Assembly: GCA_044892525.1 (NCBI GenBank)
Contig: CM097885.1
Coordinates: 53,446,001 to 53,510,000, forward strand
Direction of reading: 5' to 3'
DNA: 64,000 nucleotides
From: Schmidtea polychroa
Lineage: Eukaryota
The notes under the pieces were generated by a model. The model searched no databases. It had not been told where the DNA came from and was given only the letters and a program-made list of their open reading frames with translations. Of this stretch, positions 28,562 to 41,559 are shown piece after piece (position 1 is the stretch's first letter; the number at the start of each line of letters is the position of its first letter). Both the position numbers and the translations under genes were made by a program.

Positions 28562-29065
28562 TATTTCAAATATAATAGTAAATTAAATTAATTTGTTACT
28601 AATTGATTGAAATTACTCCATACGACAATATTGTAGCGTCCGCAAAATTTTGCGATGCAGGTTAAGAACAAGTTTCACATTTTTTAATTGTTATTCTCAC
28701 CGATAGAGTTTTCAATAGAGATTATAAATTATTTATAATTGAATACAATTAATAATCATTTTACGCAGAGTTCATATTATCAAAAATAAAAAAATATGAA
28801 AATACTTTAGGAGAAATTACATCATTTAACAAATTGAAAATACGGTAGTAAGTTTATGGCTACAAGTAACTTTGATTAAAAAATATTTGATGTCATTTTC
28901 TAATGAGTAAAAATAAGAGACTTTCACTTTATTGTTAATTGTGCGTCGGTGTTATTTCATTAAACTGTAAATTCACGGACCAACAGCTTCCGACAAACTG
29001 TCAATTCAATCATCTTCCAAAAATGAATGATTTCTTTTTTTGAATTTTTATTTTCTTACTGTTAT

Positions 29066-30309
<1,244 letters not shown>

Positions 30310-30870
30310 TGATGTACTACTATTCACAGCAATATTGTTAGAAATTGGTAACGTTGAATTGATTATCAGATATTCTATTGATCCTTTGATTATTTGAATT
30401 TCTCTTAATAATAATTCAATCTTTTTTAACAAATAATCATGCTTCTTATCAATAATTTTCATATTCTTTTTATTTTCAGCAATAGAGTTATTGAAAACCT
30501 CAATATGATCAATCAATTTAATTTTTATATTTTGTATATATTCAAATGTTAGTTCATAACTGTTTTCTAAATTCTCCAATCTTTGAGATATTCTTTTTCC
30601 TGGATGCTTTGACCATTTTGGTTTATCGAGAATATATAAAATATCCATCAACTTGGCTGTATTCGGACAAACACATATTGATTTATTAAAAGACTCCACT
30701 GTTATTGTTGTATTGTGTGAGCACACACTCGTTATAATAATTAGCAATATGAATATAGTTTTCATGGTGTATCAAATCAAAACCTTTCTTTTACATTTAT
30801 AGTCTATCAACCAATAAAAATCATACAGTATTAGTATAAATAAAACATCATATTTTAAATTATTGTAAAA

Positions 30871-31385
30871 ATGTCTCATTTTATGGAAAATCTTTTAAGA
30901 GAACTCGTCAACAAGAATATTATGGAAAGCCTAAGTTTCCTGGTCGATCGGACCGAAAAGATTATAGAAGGTAATCACATTGATTATGAGGACGTGCTCA
31001 ATTCCGATTCCCTCGAAACGAAGAAATTCTATTTTCATAGGATTTTTAACTGCTTATGCGACGAGGAGATGAAGTGGACCCGAATATTAGTAGGGTTCGC
31101 TTATATGAAGATCATAATGGAAAGAAGTCTATGGGACTCTGAACATTATTATCAGTGGTCTCAAGAAGTAATACTTTTATAATCTATATTTTATTAATAT
31201 TTATTTTCTAGATAATCAAGTCAAAGTTTCAGCCATGGATTGAAGCCAATGGCGGATGGGGCGTGCTGAATCAACTCGCCAGAAATGCAAAGGAAATAGA
31301 TCAACAGAAAATCAAATTTAAAAACTATTTAAAACTTGCAACAGGTGTTGCTATTTTGTATGTTTTATGTCGGTTTTTTAAATAA
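30871..31385 (+). CDS. Bcl-2 family protein (2 exons: 30871-31167, 31212-31385; 156 aa)
   Basis: 44-nt GT-AG phase-0 intron. BH1-like LCDEEMKWTRILVGFAY, BH2 PWIEANGGW, C-terminal TM anchor LATGVAILYVLCRFFK. Confidence 0.88.
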
Positions 31386-31462
31386 AAATTAATATAGTTA
31401 TTTTGTTTGATTTTTAAATAAAATTTTAAATAAATTTACAAACACTAATTAACTAAGATTTA

Positions 31463-31848
31463 TTAATTAACACATTCACAGTCGTCATCTCCACATTTCA
31501 TTATATTTTCAACGACATGATCAATACAATCATTCGTAATATTATCTTTAGATTCATCTTTAGGTTCCTCTATAGGTTCCTCTATAGGTTCATCTATAGG
31601 TTCATAGATTTCCTCTTGAGTTTCTTCCTCATCAATTTCTTGAGTTTCTTCCTCATCATCAAATCCTGTATCTTGACTCTCAACTAACCAGCCGATATTT
31701 AAGGCATTTGTAATAGATAATATGTCCTCAATTTTCACACCAGATATTTCTGCTAACTTTTCCAACAAAAAGTTGATTAAAAATTCTAAATAATAAATAA
31801 TTCGGTAATTAATTAATCATGTTAACCTTTTTCTGCAGTCATTTTCAT
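31463..31848 (-). CDS. Small acidic protein (2 exons; intron 31786-31826)
   Basis: MKMTAEK-E-FLINFLLEK joined by a 41-nt phase-1 GT-AG intron; EPIEE/DEEETQE repeats. Confidence 0.65.
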
Positions 31849-31975
31849 CACTTTAAAACTATATTATAAGTTTGTTTATAGATTTTCTTTGTTAAATTTG
31901 CATGTCATTTGCATTTATGTTGCAATTAATAAAGAAAAAAAACAAATCTGACTAATACATTTATTAAATATAACA

Positions 31976-32386
31976 TTAAAATATTTGTGAAAGTCTAGCA
32001 GACATAATTTTCCAAATAGGAGAATATACATCATTATTATCAACTTTATATCCCTGGATTGCAATTGTTATATACCAATTTTCATTTTCTTTGAAACTGA
32101 TTTCATCAAAAGCATCATAAAATCTTGCATATCTATTGTTGAACCACGCATGTTGATTACACGATAGATTCGAATCTATCCGTTTAAAAACATCATCAAT
32201 AGTTTTGACATCAATCATTGAAAGCGTGCCGGATAAGAATTCAAATTTAGTTGGAATTAGCTTGACTGGTGCAACCAATTTCATATTGATTTCTTCTTTC
32301 AAAAAATACATTTTGTAGTTGTGGAACATTTGAACTGGTTGTACCATTTCTTTAGGTTTTTCGGTGCTTGAAATTTTCTTGGTCAT
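31976..32386 (-). CDS. Putative OB-fold ssDNA-binding protein
   Basis: Intact 136-aa ORF. The C-terminal ITIAIQGYKV...YSPIWKIMSARL resembles the terminal strands of gp2.5-like/NCLDV SSBs (pattern recognition only). Confidence 0.45.
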   Translation of the reverse strand: MTKKISSTEKPKEMVQPVQMFHNYKMYFLKEEINMKLVAPVKLIPTKFEFLSGTLSMIDVKTIDDVFKRIDSNLSCNQHAWFNNRYARFYDAFDEISFKENENWYITIAIQGYKVDNNDVYSPIWKIMSARLSQIF

Positions 32387-32597
32387 CGTGAATAATGAAT
32401 AAATTTAAATGTTACAGGGTTTTTATACCTTTGACTCATGCCTATCAACCAATCAGATTATAGCATGTCTTTGTTTAAATTGCATTCAAAATGCATTGAT
32501 GTTGCATTGTCACATGTTCTATTATTTTTATTAATGTTTTATTATTAATGTTTTATTATTTCTATTATTATTATTATTATTAATGTTTTATTATTTC

Positions 32598-32651
<54 letters not shown>

Positions 32652-32823
32652 TTTATTATTACTATTTCTATTATTATTATTATTATTATTATTAATGGTT
32701 TATTATTATTTCAAATATAAAAAAGATAAAACACAATAAAAAATACATTTATTGGTAACCTAAATCTACAATCCGGGAGTAGTGAAACCTTCTCAGAGTT
32801 TTCACTAACTCCCATTCGACATA

Positions 32824-33165
32824 TCACCGATATCGATCGGCACAGCATGAGCATCCGATGATGCATTGGTACTCCGGCTCCATTTGCTTCATTGTTCTGT
32901 TGATTTTCACATCCCATAAAAAATGGTGAAAGACCTCCATTATTCTAATTTGCGTGGCATAAAAAATCAAATCTGGTATGATTTCCGGTTCCCGATCTTT
33001 GATTACTTCAGCAATTTGCGGATAATAATATTTTATCCTGTTAATCATTATTTCTAAATATTTTTCTAAAATAATAAATATAAAAAATGTGAAAATAAAA
33101 ATTTTAAATTTACCATAGTCATCAATATCCTTCATGAGATTCGCGGCGCTCGGAATTTTGTACAT
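32824..33165 (-). CDS. Hypothetical protein (97 aa after removing a 48-nt intron, 33066-33113)
   Basis: An in-frame GT...TTTAG T-rich segment accounts for the FKIFIFTFFIFIIL stretch; Cys-rich C-terminus CIIGCSCC. Confidence 0.6.
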   Translation of the reverse strand: MYKIPSAANLMKDIDDYGKFKIFIFTFFIFIILEKYLEIMINRIKYYYPQIAEVIKDREPEIIPDLIFYATQIRIMEVFHHFLWDVKINRTMKQMEPEYQCIIGCSCCADRYR

Positions 33166-33237
33166 AGTGAAATAAATGAATCCTAAACAAAAAACCGTTT
33201 GTTTAAATCAATCAATAACCAATTAGAAATTAACCAA

Positions 33238-33675
33238 TTAGAAATCGACCAATGAAATTATCTCATTTCGAACCTTGTCAACAAATTCTCTATACTCCAA
33301 ATTTCTCAACCCCAACATGACAACCTTTCCACTAGCAAACACGTTGACACATATAGGGTTATATTTTAATAGTCTTAGTGTCGGAAACAATTCCGGTTCA
33401 AACATACAATCACATTTTTTCGACATGTTATATAGATTGATACTATGTCCCATATCCATAGTAACGGTAATTGATTGGATTATAATATTATTTATTCGAT
33501 ATTGTAATTTATTAATATCCAAAGGTTTCTTACATCCCATGATTCGGCATTTACCAGTCTTGAAAAATATTATCGGATATTTCCCACTTCTATCGATAAT
33601 TTGCTGGGGTTTCCCTGGTGGGAACCTCATATTCGATACATCAAAATTTCCTCGATAATTTATATTTGCTAACAT
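33238..33675 (-). CDS. TATA-binding protein (TBP)-fold protein, 145 aa
   Basis: Two TBP repeats: IIFFKTGKCRIMG, and FEPELFPTL...VNVFASGKVVMLG (compare TBP YEPELFPGL...LIFVSGKVVLTG). Confidence 0.88.
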   Translation of the reverse strand: MLANINYRGNFDVSNMRFPPGKPQQIIDRSGKYPIIFFKTGKCRIMGCKKPLDINKLQYRINNIIIQSITVTMDMGHSINLYNMSKKCDCMFEPELFPTLRLLKYNPICVNVFASGKVVMLGLRNLEYREFVDKVRNEIISLVDF

Positions 33676-33774
33676 TATTAAAACATTTATGAAAATTAGT
33701 CTTTATATATAAATTGAGCACGAGTTCATTAAATCATCGAATATAAACAAATACACATTTATAAAATCTTTGAA

Positions 33775-34401
33775 ATGGAATTAAGAAATGATGCAGTATA
33801 CCAAATCGTTGGTCCGAGTGGTAGTGGAAAAACATTATTTGTTTGTAAATTACTAAAATCAGATTTATTCAAATCAAAATTCAACAGGATTTATTGGCAT
33901 AGGGGTGCTGATGAAGAACATGGATTAACTCAATCAAGTTTCTGTAAATAAAAAAACATGAAAATAGTAAAGGGATTCGATAAAAACTGGTCCAGCCGAT
34001 TAAAGAAAGGTGATGTCATTATTATCGATGATTTGTATCAAGAAGCTAATAAAGAAAAAGATTTTAATAATTTATTTACAAAGATCAGCAGACATGTCGG
34101 TGTAACAGTTATTTTCATAACACAAAATCTATTTCATCAAGGTGGGGCACATCGAACACGTAATTTAAATGTACAATATTTAGTCATTTTCAAGAATCCT
34201 AGAGATGCAACAGTGATTGATTTTCTTGCACGTCAAGCATACCCTAACAATCGTAATTTTCTTATCAGTGCATTTCAAGATGCTACAAAAATACCTCATG
34301 GATATATATTTCTTGATTTCACACAACAATGTCCCGATGATTTACGAGTAAAAACAGATATTTTCAACCCAAAAGGTGCCATGGTTTATAAACAAAGTTG
34401 A
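33775..34401 (+). pseudogene. FtsK/A32-like packaging ATPase with one premature stop (33949-51)
   Basis: Walker A GPSGSGKT, Walker B VIIIDD, SRH...ITQN motif, FKNPRD. Confidence 0.93.
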
Positions 34402-34419
34402 AAACCTCTATGAATAATA

Positions 34420-34947
34420 ATGTTTCTAAAAGCAAGGGTGAAAAATATTAGGAAATTAAGAAAAGGTATTAGAAAGACTATTAAAGTTCCAAAGGTTCCA
34501 CCAACAACTAGTTATACACCATCTAAAAAACTTGTAACTGAAAATTTCTCTGCAATGAATCTTATTTCGAAAAATCCTAAACCTAAACGTAAAACCCGTA
34601 AAACCCGTAAAACCAGTAAAAAAGTAGTTAAAAATCATCGCAGTTTTCCATTTTTTAATGCATTGTTAAAGGCCCCGAGTATGAAAAGAATGAATATATT
34701 GCAATCATTCCCAAATTTTGTTGTCGATGATTTACTCAATATTATACTTAAAGTAGTCAAAGGTAAAATTAAAATCAGTAAATCAAAAAAGCATTTATTG
34801 AGCAAACATAGGAAACCATTGTTATCTTTAGTAAATAATAAAAATCGTAAGCAAATGAGGAAAATTATATATAAACAACAAGGTGGATTTATTGGTGCAT
34901 ACCTGGCATTATCATTATTAGGTGGAGTTGTAGGAAATCAATCATAA
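34420..34947 (+). CDS. Basic core/pX-like virion protein
   Basis: Very K/R-rich; ends QQGG|FIGAYLALSLLGG, a protease-site-plus-hydrophobic-tail pattern like adenoviral pX and Polinton core proteins. Confidence 0.65.
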   Translation: MFLKARVKNIRKLRKGIRKTIKVPKVPPTTSYTPSKKLVTENFSAMNLISKNPKPKRKTRKTRKTSKKVVKNHRSFPFFNALLKAPSMKRMNILQSFPNFVVDDLLNIILKVVKGKIKISKSKKHLLSKHRKPLLSLVNNKNRKQMRKIIYKQQGGFIGAYLALSLLGGVVGNQS

Positions 34948-34950
34948 ACA

Positions 34951-35178
34951 ATGGGTGCTAATCCTTCATTGCCCGACATTAAATTTAATTTTAAATCTTC
35001 TTGTTGTGATGGAGAAGATTTGGACGAACCCCGAAGACGAAGCCGGTTTCGGTGGAGTGGCAAAATTAAACAAAAGAGTTCCGAATTCGAAAAAAGAAAC
35101 CCAGAAGTGGTTATCAGATCAGCTTGCGTACAGTTTGAACAAACCAATGCGGAAAAGATTTCCAACAAGAGCGTATAA
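34951..35178 (+). CDS. Small putatively myristoylated protein overlapping the integrase
   Basis: ATG 4 nt after the previous stop; MGANPS (MGxxxS), a CC pair and a basic RRRSRFR cluster. Confidence 0.45.
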   Translation: MGANPSLPDIKFNFKSSCCDGEDLDEPRRRSRFRWSGKIKQKSSEFEKRNPEVVIRSACVQFEQTNAEKISNKSV

Positions 35179-35396
35179 AACATTTGGTATTGACGATTTA
35201 TGGCAAATGGATTTGATGGAGATGATACCTTATTCGAAAATTAACAATGGGAATAAATATATTTTAACATGTATTAATGTATACAGCAGGTTTGCACGAG
35301 CAATACCAGTCAAGGCTAAATCTGCAGAAGAAATGTCCAAGGCAATTAATATTTTATTTAAAGATGGACATCCTAATAACTTGCAAACAGATTTAG

Positions 35397-35446
<50 letters not shown>

Positions 35447-36079
35447 TTAGGTAAAGAATTCTACAATAGTAAAGTTAAGCAAATCCTCGATAAACTGAAA
35501 ATAAATCACTACTCGGTACATTCTCAATACAAAGCTGCCCATGTTGAAAGATTTAATCGAACATTGAGAGATAGATTAAAGAAATTGTTCGTGCATCAAG
35601 GTAATAAAAAATGGGTAAATGCTTTACCGAAAATAATAACAAGTTATAATCATTCATCACATCGAGGACTGAATGGATTGAGACCGGTTGATATTACATC
35701 AAAAACATCATTGACTTCTAAGAAATCTGTAAAAATTGCAAAACCTAAATATAAAGTCGGTGACCATGTTAGAATTAGTAAAATTAGTGCATCACCATTT
35801 ATTAAAAATTTTGATACAAATTGGAGTGATGAAGTCTTTGTAATTTCAAAAATAAATACTAAACAGAATCCTGTAATGTATGTCATCAAAGACAATGATA
35901 ATAATATTGTACAGGGGAAATTTTATGAGCAGGAATTACAAGTAATTCCTCCCCCAAAAGTATTTAGAATTCAAAAAATATTGAAAACTAAAAAGGTCGG
36001 TAAGGATAAACAATACTATGTCAAATGGCATGGTTATCAAAACCCGTCATGGATATCAGCAAAGGACCTAGTAAAGTGA
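35009..36079 (+). CDS. Retroviral-like DDE integrase with C-terminal chromodomain (intron 35397-35450)
   Basis: WQMD, LQTDLGKEF (after splicing), VERFNRTL; chromo-like YYVKWHGY..SWI. Confidence 0.96.
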
Positions 36080-37053
36080 ATTTTTATACTATTTTGCCGA
36101 GCAATAGTTGCCCATTAATTCATCCAGACAATCAAGCCAGTAAATTCATGGTCAATCTCCAGAATCCGATTTCTTTAAATGGTGACTGGGAAGTTGCACT
36201 GCAAGATTTTACATTCGTGTACAACACTTTCCCATTTTATAGTCAATGTAAGATTGATTTCAAAAAGAATATTGTGAAAACATATCATATTCCGAATCAA
36301 ATATTAGATTCGCATTGCTATATGTTTTACAAGGATGGATTAAATATCAGTTGTGATTTTAAACCATTTACAATAACATTCGAAACTATTGAAGATGCCA
36401 AACGAATGGGTTGTAATAAGTTGAAAAATATTGTTACGGAGACCGAGTATCTATTACGTTTTAATCTATTTGAAGCAAACAGTGTAATGAAAGAAGAAAT
36501 CAAAATATCTGTGTCGTATAATGATGAAGTTGAAGAATCATTTACCTTTGCTGATGAATTATATTTTGATAAACTTGATGATTTACTTAAATATTTAAAG
36601 TTCAATTGTTCACACATATTTAAAAATTTGGAAATTGTGAAAGATTTGATGTTTACCTTCAGTTTGAATGAGGATATTTGCGAAGTTACATTTGATAAAA
36701 ATTTGGCAAATTCACTTGGATTAGATAAGCAAAAATATCGAGAAAAATCGACTGGTATACGCAAACCAAGAATACTAGAACATCATCAACAAATGTTCAT
36801 ATATACTAACATTATCGAACCCATAATTGTTGGTGATTCCAGTGTTCCTCTTTTGAAATCGGTATGGATTGGAAAATATAAACATGATGAAGTTGTCAAT
36901 ATAAATATCGATAATCCCATGTATTTACCAATAGCAAGTTCATGTATAAACAATATAGAAATAAATATTCGTGATGATAGTGGAAAACTTATAAACTTTC
37001 CAAAAGGTTCAAAAACTCATTTGACATTACATTTTCGTAAAATAAATGGCTAA
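36076..37053 (+). CDS. Minor capsid protein (penton-like, PX)
   Basis: N-terminal FYTILPSNS, GDWEVAL, IYTNIIEP..VGD..PLL, IRDDSG, TLHFR. The probable start is GTG at 36076. Confidence 0.88.
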   Translation: MNFYTILPSNSCPLIHPDNQASKFMVNLQNPISLNGDWEVALQDFTFVYNTFPFYSQCKIDFKKNIVKTYHIPNQILDSHCYMFYKDGLNISCDFKPFTITFETIEDAKRMGCNKLKNIVTETEYLLRFNLFEANSVMKEEIKISVSYNDEVEESFTFADELYFDKLDDLLKYLKFNCSHIFKNLEIVKDLMFTFSLNEDICEVTFDKNLANSLGLDKQKYREKSTGIRKPRILEHHQQMFIYTNIIEPIIVGDSSVPLLKSVWIGKYKHDEVVNINIDNPMYLPIASSCINNIEINIRDDSGKLINFPKGSKTHLTLHFRKING

Positions 37054-37402
37054 TTCTGATATTATTAGTATGTATAGTGATAGCCAATCTGGCGGTGAAT
37101 TACCATATTTTATTGGTAAACAGTACGGTTCAGGATGGTTGAGAACAATTGGTAGATTTGCCCTGCCTATTCTTAAACGTATTGGTAGTTTTGGTATGAA
37201 AACTGCAAAAGATGTTATTATGAATGAACAGAAAATATTACCATCTTTAAAATCAAATGCTTTAGCAGAATTAGGGAAAGTTTTACCCGGGGTTGCAGGT
37301 ATGTTTCAAAAACCTCCAGCTCATGCTCCAAAACGTAAAAGACATGGAATATCACGTATAAACAAACGAATGAAAGGACATGGAACTATATTTGCAAAAT
37401 GA
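37046..37402 (+). CDS. Small virion protein with QxGxG motif and amphipathic helix
   Basis: QYGSGWLRTIGRFALPILKRIG; lies between the two capsid genes with overlapping start/stop codons. Confidence 0.7.
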   Translation: MANSDIISMYSDSQSGGELPYFIGKQYGSGWLRTIGRFALPILKRIGSFGMKTAKDVIMNEQKILPSLKSNALAELGKVLPGVAGMFQKPPAHAPKRKRHGISRINKRMKGHGTIFAK

Positions 37403-38619
37403 TTTGTGGTAAATCTGAATTATGTATATTTGATAGACCGTCGCCCCAGGCTGTAATAGAATTTGGGGCATTTGAGGAAGTTTTTCCTATGAATTCAATT
37501 ACCGATAGTAGAAATGATATCGAGTTTTATATTAATGGTTCGCAAACCGAATATTTAGATTTGAACGATACTTTATTGACTGTTCAGATTAAGGTTGTAG
37601 ATAAAGATAGAAAAGTTTTGGATGCCAATGCAGATGTAATACCGAACAATTTCCTGTTTCATACTCTTTTTAAAGATGCCGTGTTGGGATTTAATAATAT
37701 CAAGATTGAGGGCGGAAATAATACATTCATTCACAAGGCTTTGATAGAAACTATTTTAAATTACAATTCTGATACTAAAAATACATGCCTTACTCCTATG
37801 GGTTATGGTAGTGATGATGAAAGAAAAAAGTGGGTAAAAGGCTCAAAGGTTTTCACCATGTGCTCATCATTACAACTTGATTTTATGGATCAACCGAAAT
37901 ATTTACTACCGGGAGTTAATGTACATATTAGACTGAAAAGGTCTGATTCTGCATTATCTCTTACTAGTGCAACTGGTGCACCAATATGTCAATTAGTTGA
38001 TGCAAAATTATTGGTGAGAAGAGTACGAGTAGACCCCTCAGTATTAGCAGGTCATCAATTGGGTCTTAATTCAAAACATGCAATTTATCCATTAAAAACA
38101 AAGAAAATTGTACAATTTGCTATTGCTAAAGGTGCTTCATCATTCTATAAAGAACAAATATTTGGTGACAGAAAAATGCCTAATTTTATTCTGATAACAT
38201 TTCAAAGTGAAGCACAATATAATGGATCATATACTGCTTCCAGCTCAATTTTCAAAAACTTTGGTGTTACATCATTGACTTTGTCGAAAAATACTGATTA
38301 TAGAGAAACATATATTCAAGATTTCGAGAATGACAATTACTGCGCGACATATATGCAGAGTATTGTTAGAAATCTGGGTTATTTAGATAAAAATTTGAAT
38401 TGCGGAATAACTCTAGAAGATTTTAAAAGCAAATACCCATTTTTTACATTTGTTTTAGCCCCTGATTTTGATTTAAATCAAAGTCAATTACCTCAAAATG
38501 AAAATTTACGACTGGATATAAAGTTTGCAAAAGCTATTACTGAACCAGTACATGTTATAATATATGGAGTATTTGAAAATGAAGTTCAAATTACTGCAAA
38601 TAGAACAGTGTTGGTATAA
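37399..38619 (+). CDS. Major capsid protein (double jelly-roll, PY)
   Basis: Intact 406 aa; KSELCIF..PQ, YLDLNDT, QPKYLLPGV.V.IRL motifs typical of Maverick MCPs. Confidence 0.9.
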   Translation: MICGKSELCIFDRPSPQAVIEFGAFEEVFPMNSITDSRNDIEFYINGSQTEYLDLNDTLLTVQIKVVDKDRKVLDANADVIPNNFLFHTLFKDAVLGFNNIKIEGGNNTFIHKALIETILNYNSDTKNTCLTPMGYGSDDERKKWVKGSKVFTMCSSLQLDFMDQPKYLLPGVNVHIRLKRSDSALSLTSATGAPICQLVDAKLLVRRVRVDPSVLAGHQLGLNSKHAIYPLKTKKIVQFAIAKGASSFYKEQIFGDRKMPNFILITFQSEAQYNGSYTASSSIFKNFGVTSLTLSKNTDYRETYIQDFENDNYCATYMQSIVRNLGYLDKNLNCGITLEDFKSKYPFFTFVLAPDFDLNQSQLPQNENLRLDIKFAKAITEPVHVIIYGVFENEVQITANRTVLV

Positions 38620-38646
38620 ATGTATATTGAAACACAAAAAGTTATC

Positions 38647-39030
38647 ATGGAGTAAGTTGTTTTTTATACTCTGGATTTATTTAAGTAGTTCTGTTCAGGT
38701 CAATAAAATCGGAAAACAGATATTGGGAAATGAATTTGTTGGAGTTTTTCCTCTTGATAAAATTCCATATTTGAGCAATAATCAAGCAATAATCGTCAAT
38801 ACTCAATCGTCTCATCTTGGTGGAGAACATTGAATAGCTATATATGTATATATAGCTATATATTCGTGTTCGATCCTATGGGTTTCTATTATCCTGCTTT
38901 GTTGATATCAAAACTACAAACAATGGGGAAACCTATTGTGTATAATAAAACTATGTTTCAAAATCCCTTGACCCAAACATGCGGTCAACATTGTTTAGCT
39001 TGGTTATTGTACAAAAAATTTGATGTTTAA
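38647..39030 (+). pseudogene. Adenain-like cysteine protease (stop plus frameshift)
   Basis: FVGVFPLD, IVNT...GEH* (W to TGA at 38831), FDPMG, Q....TCGQHC. A short 5' intron (38652-38688) may give the start MDSVQ. Confidence 0.9.
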
Positions 39031-39111
39031 TAAATGTATCCTTTCCTTTGTTGTTGTGATTATTATTATTAATATTATTATTAATATTATTATTATTGTG
39101 ATTATTATTAA

Positions 39112-39166
<55 letters not shown>

Positions 39167-39513
39167 GTGAAAAATATTATTATTTTTAATTAATTTTATT
39201 ATTATTCTAATAAATATTATTATTTGTAACATAAAGACTACCTATGCCTGAAGCATGCACAGTGCAAGTTAACAAAGGCATGACTAACAAAGGCAGTCAC
39301 ATGTAATTTTGAGTGATTTACATTACATGCATGCATGCGTGTGATTGGTTGAGAGAGTAAAATATTCAGTGTATATGTGTGTGTGTCTATATTCTCATTG
39401 GCTGGGACAGGAAAATATTCATTCTCTTTATAAACATCGACAAATCTAAAATTTGTCACAATTATTTCAAAATTTTAAAAATTCTATTTCGAAATCAAGG
39501 AAAGCTATCTAAA

Positions 39514-41559
<2,046 letters not shown>

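Noticed and set aside
33275..33658. 127-aa plus-strand ORF (also 36327-36764, 35650-35895, 27633-27980)
   Set aside because: Antisense to recognisable genes, with no motifs of their own.
36025..36075. ATG at 36025 as the minor capsid start
   Set aside because: It overlaps the integrase chromodomain; family homology starts at 36076 (xNFYTILPSNS).
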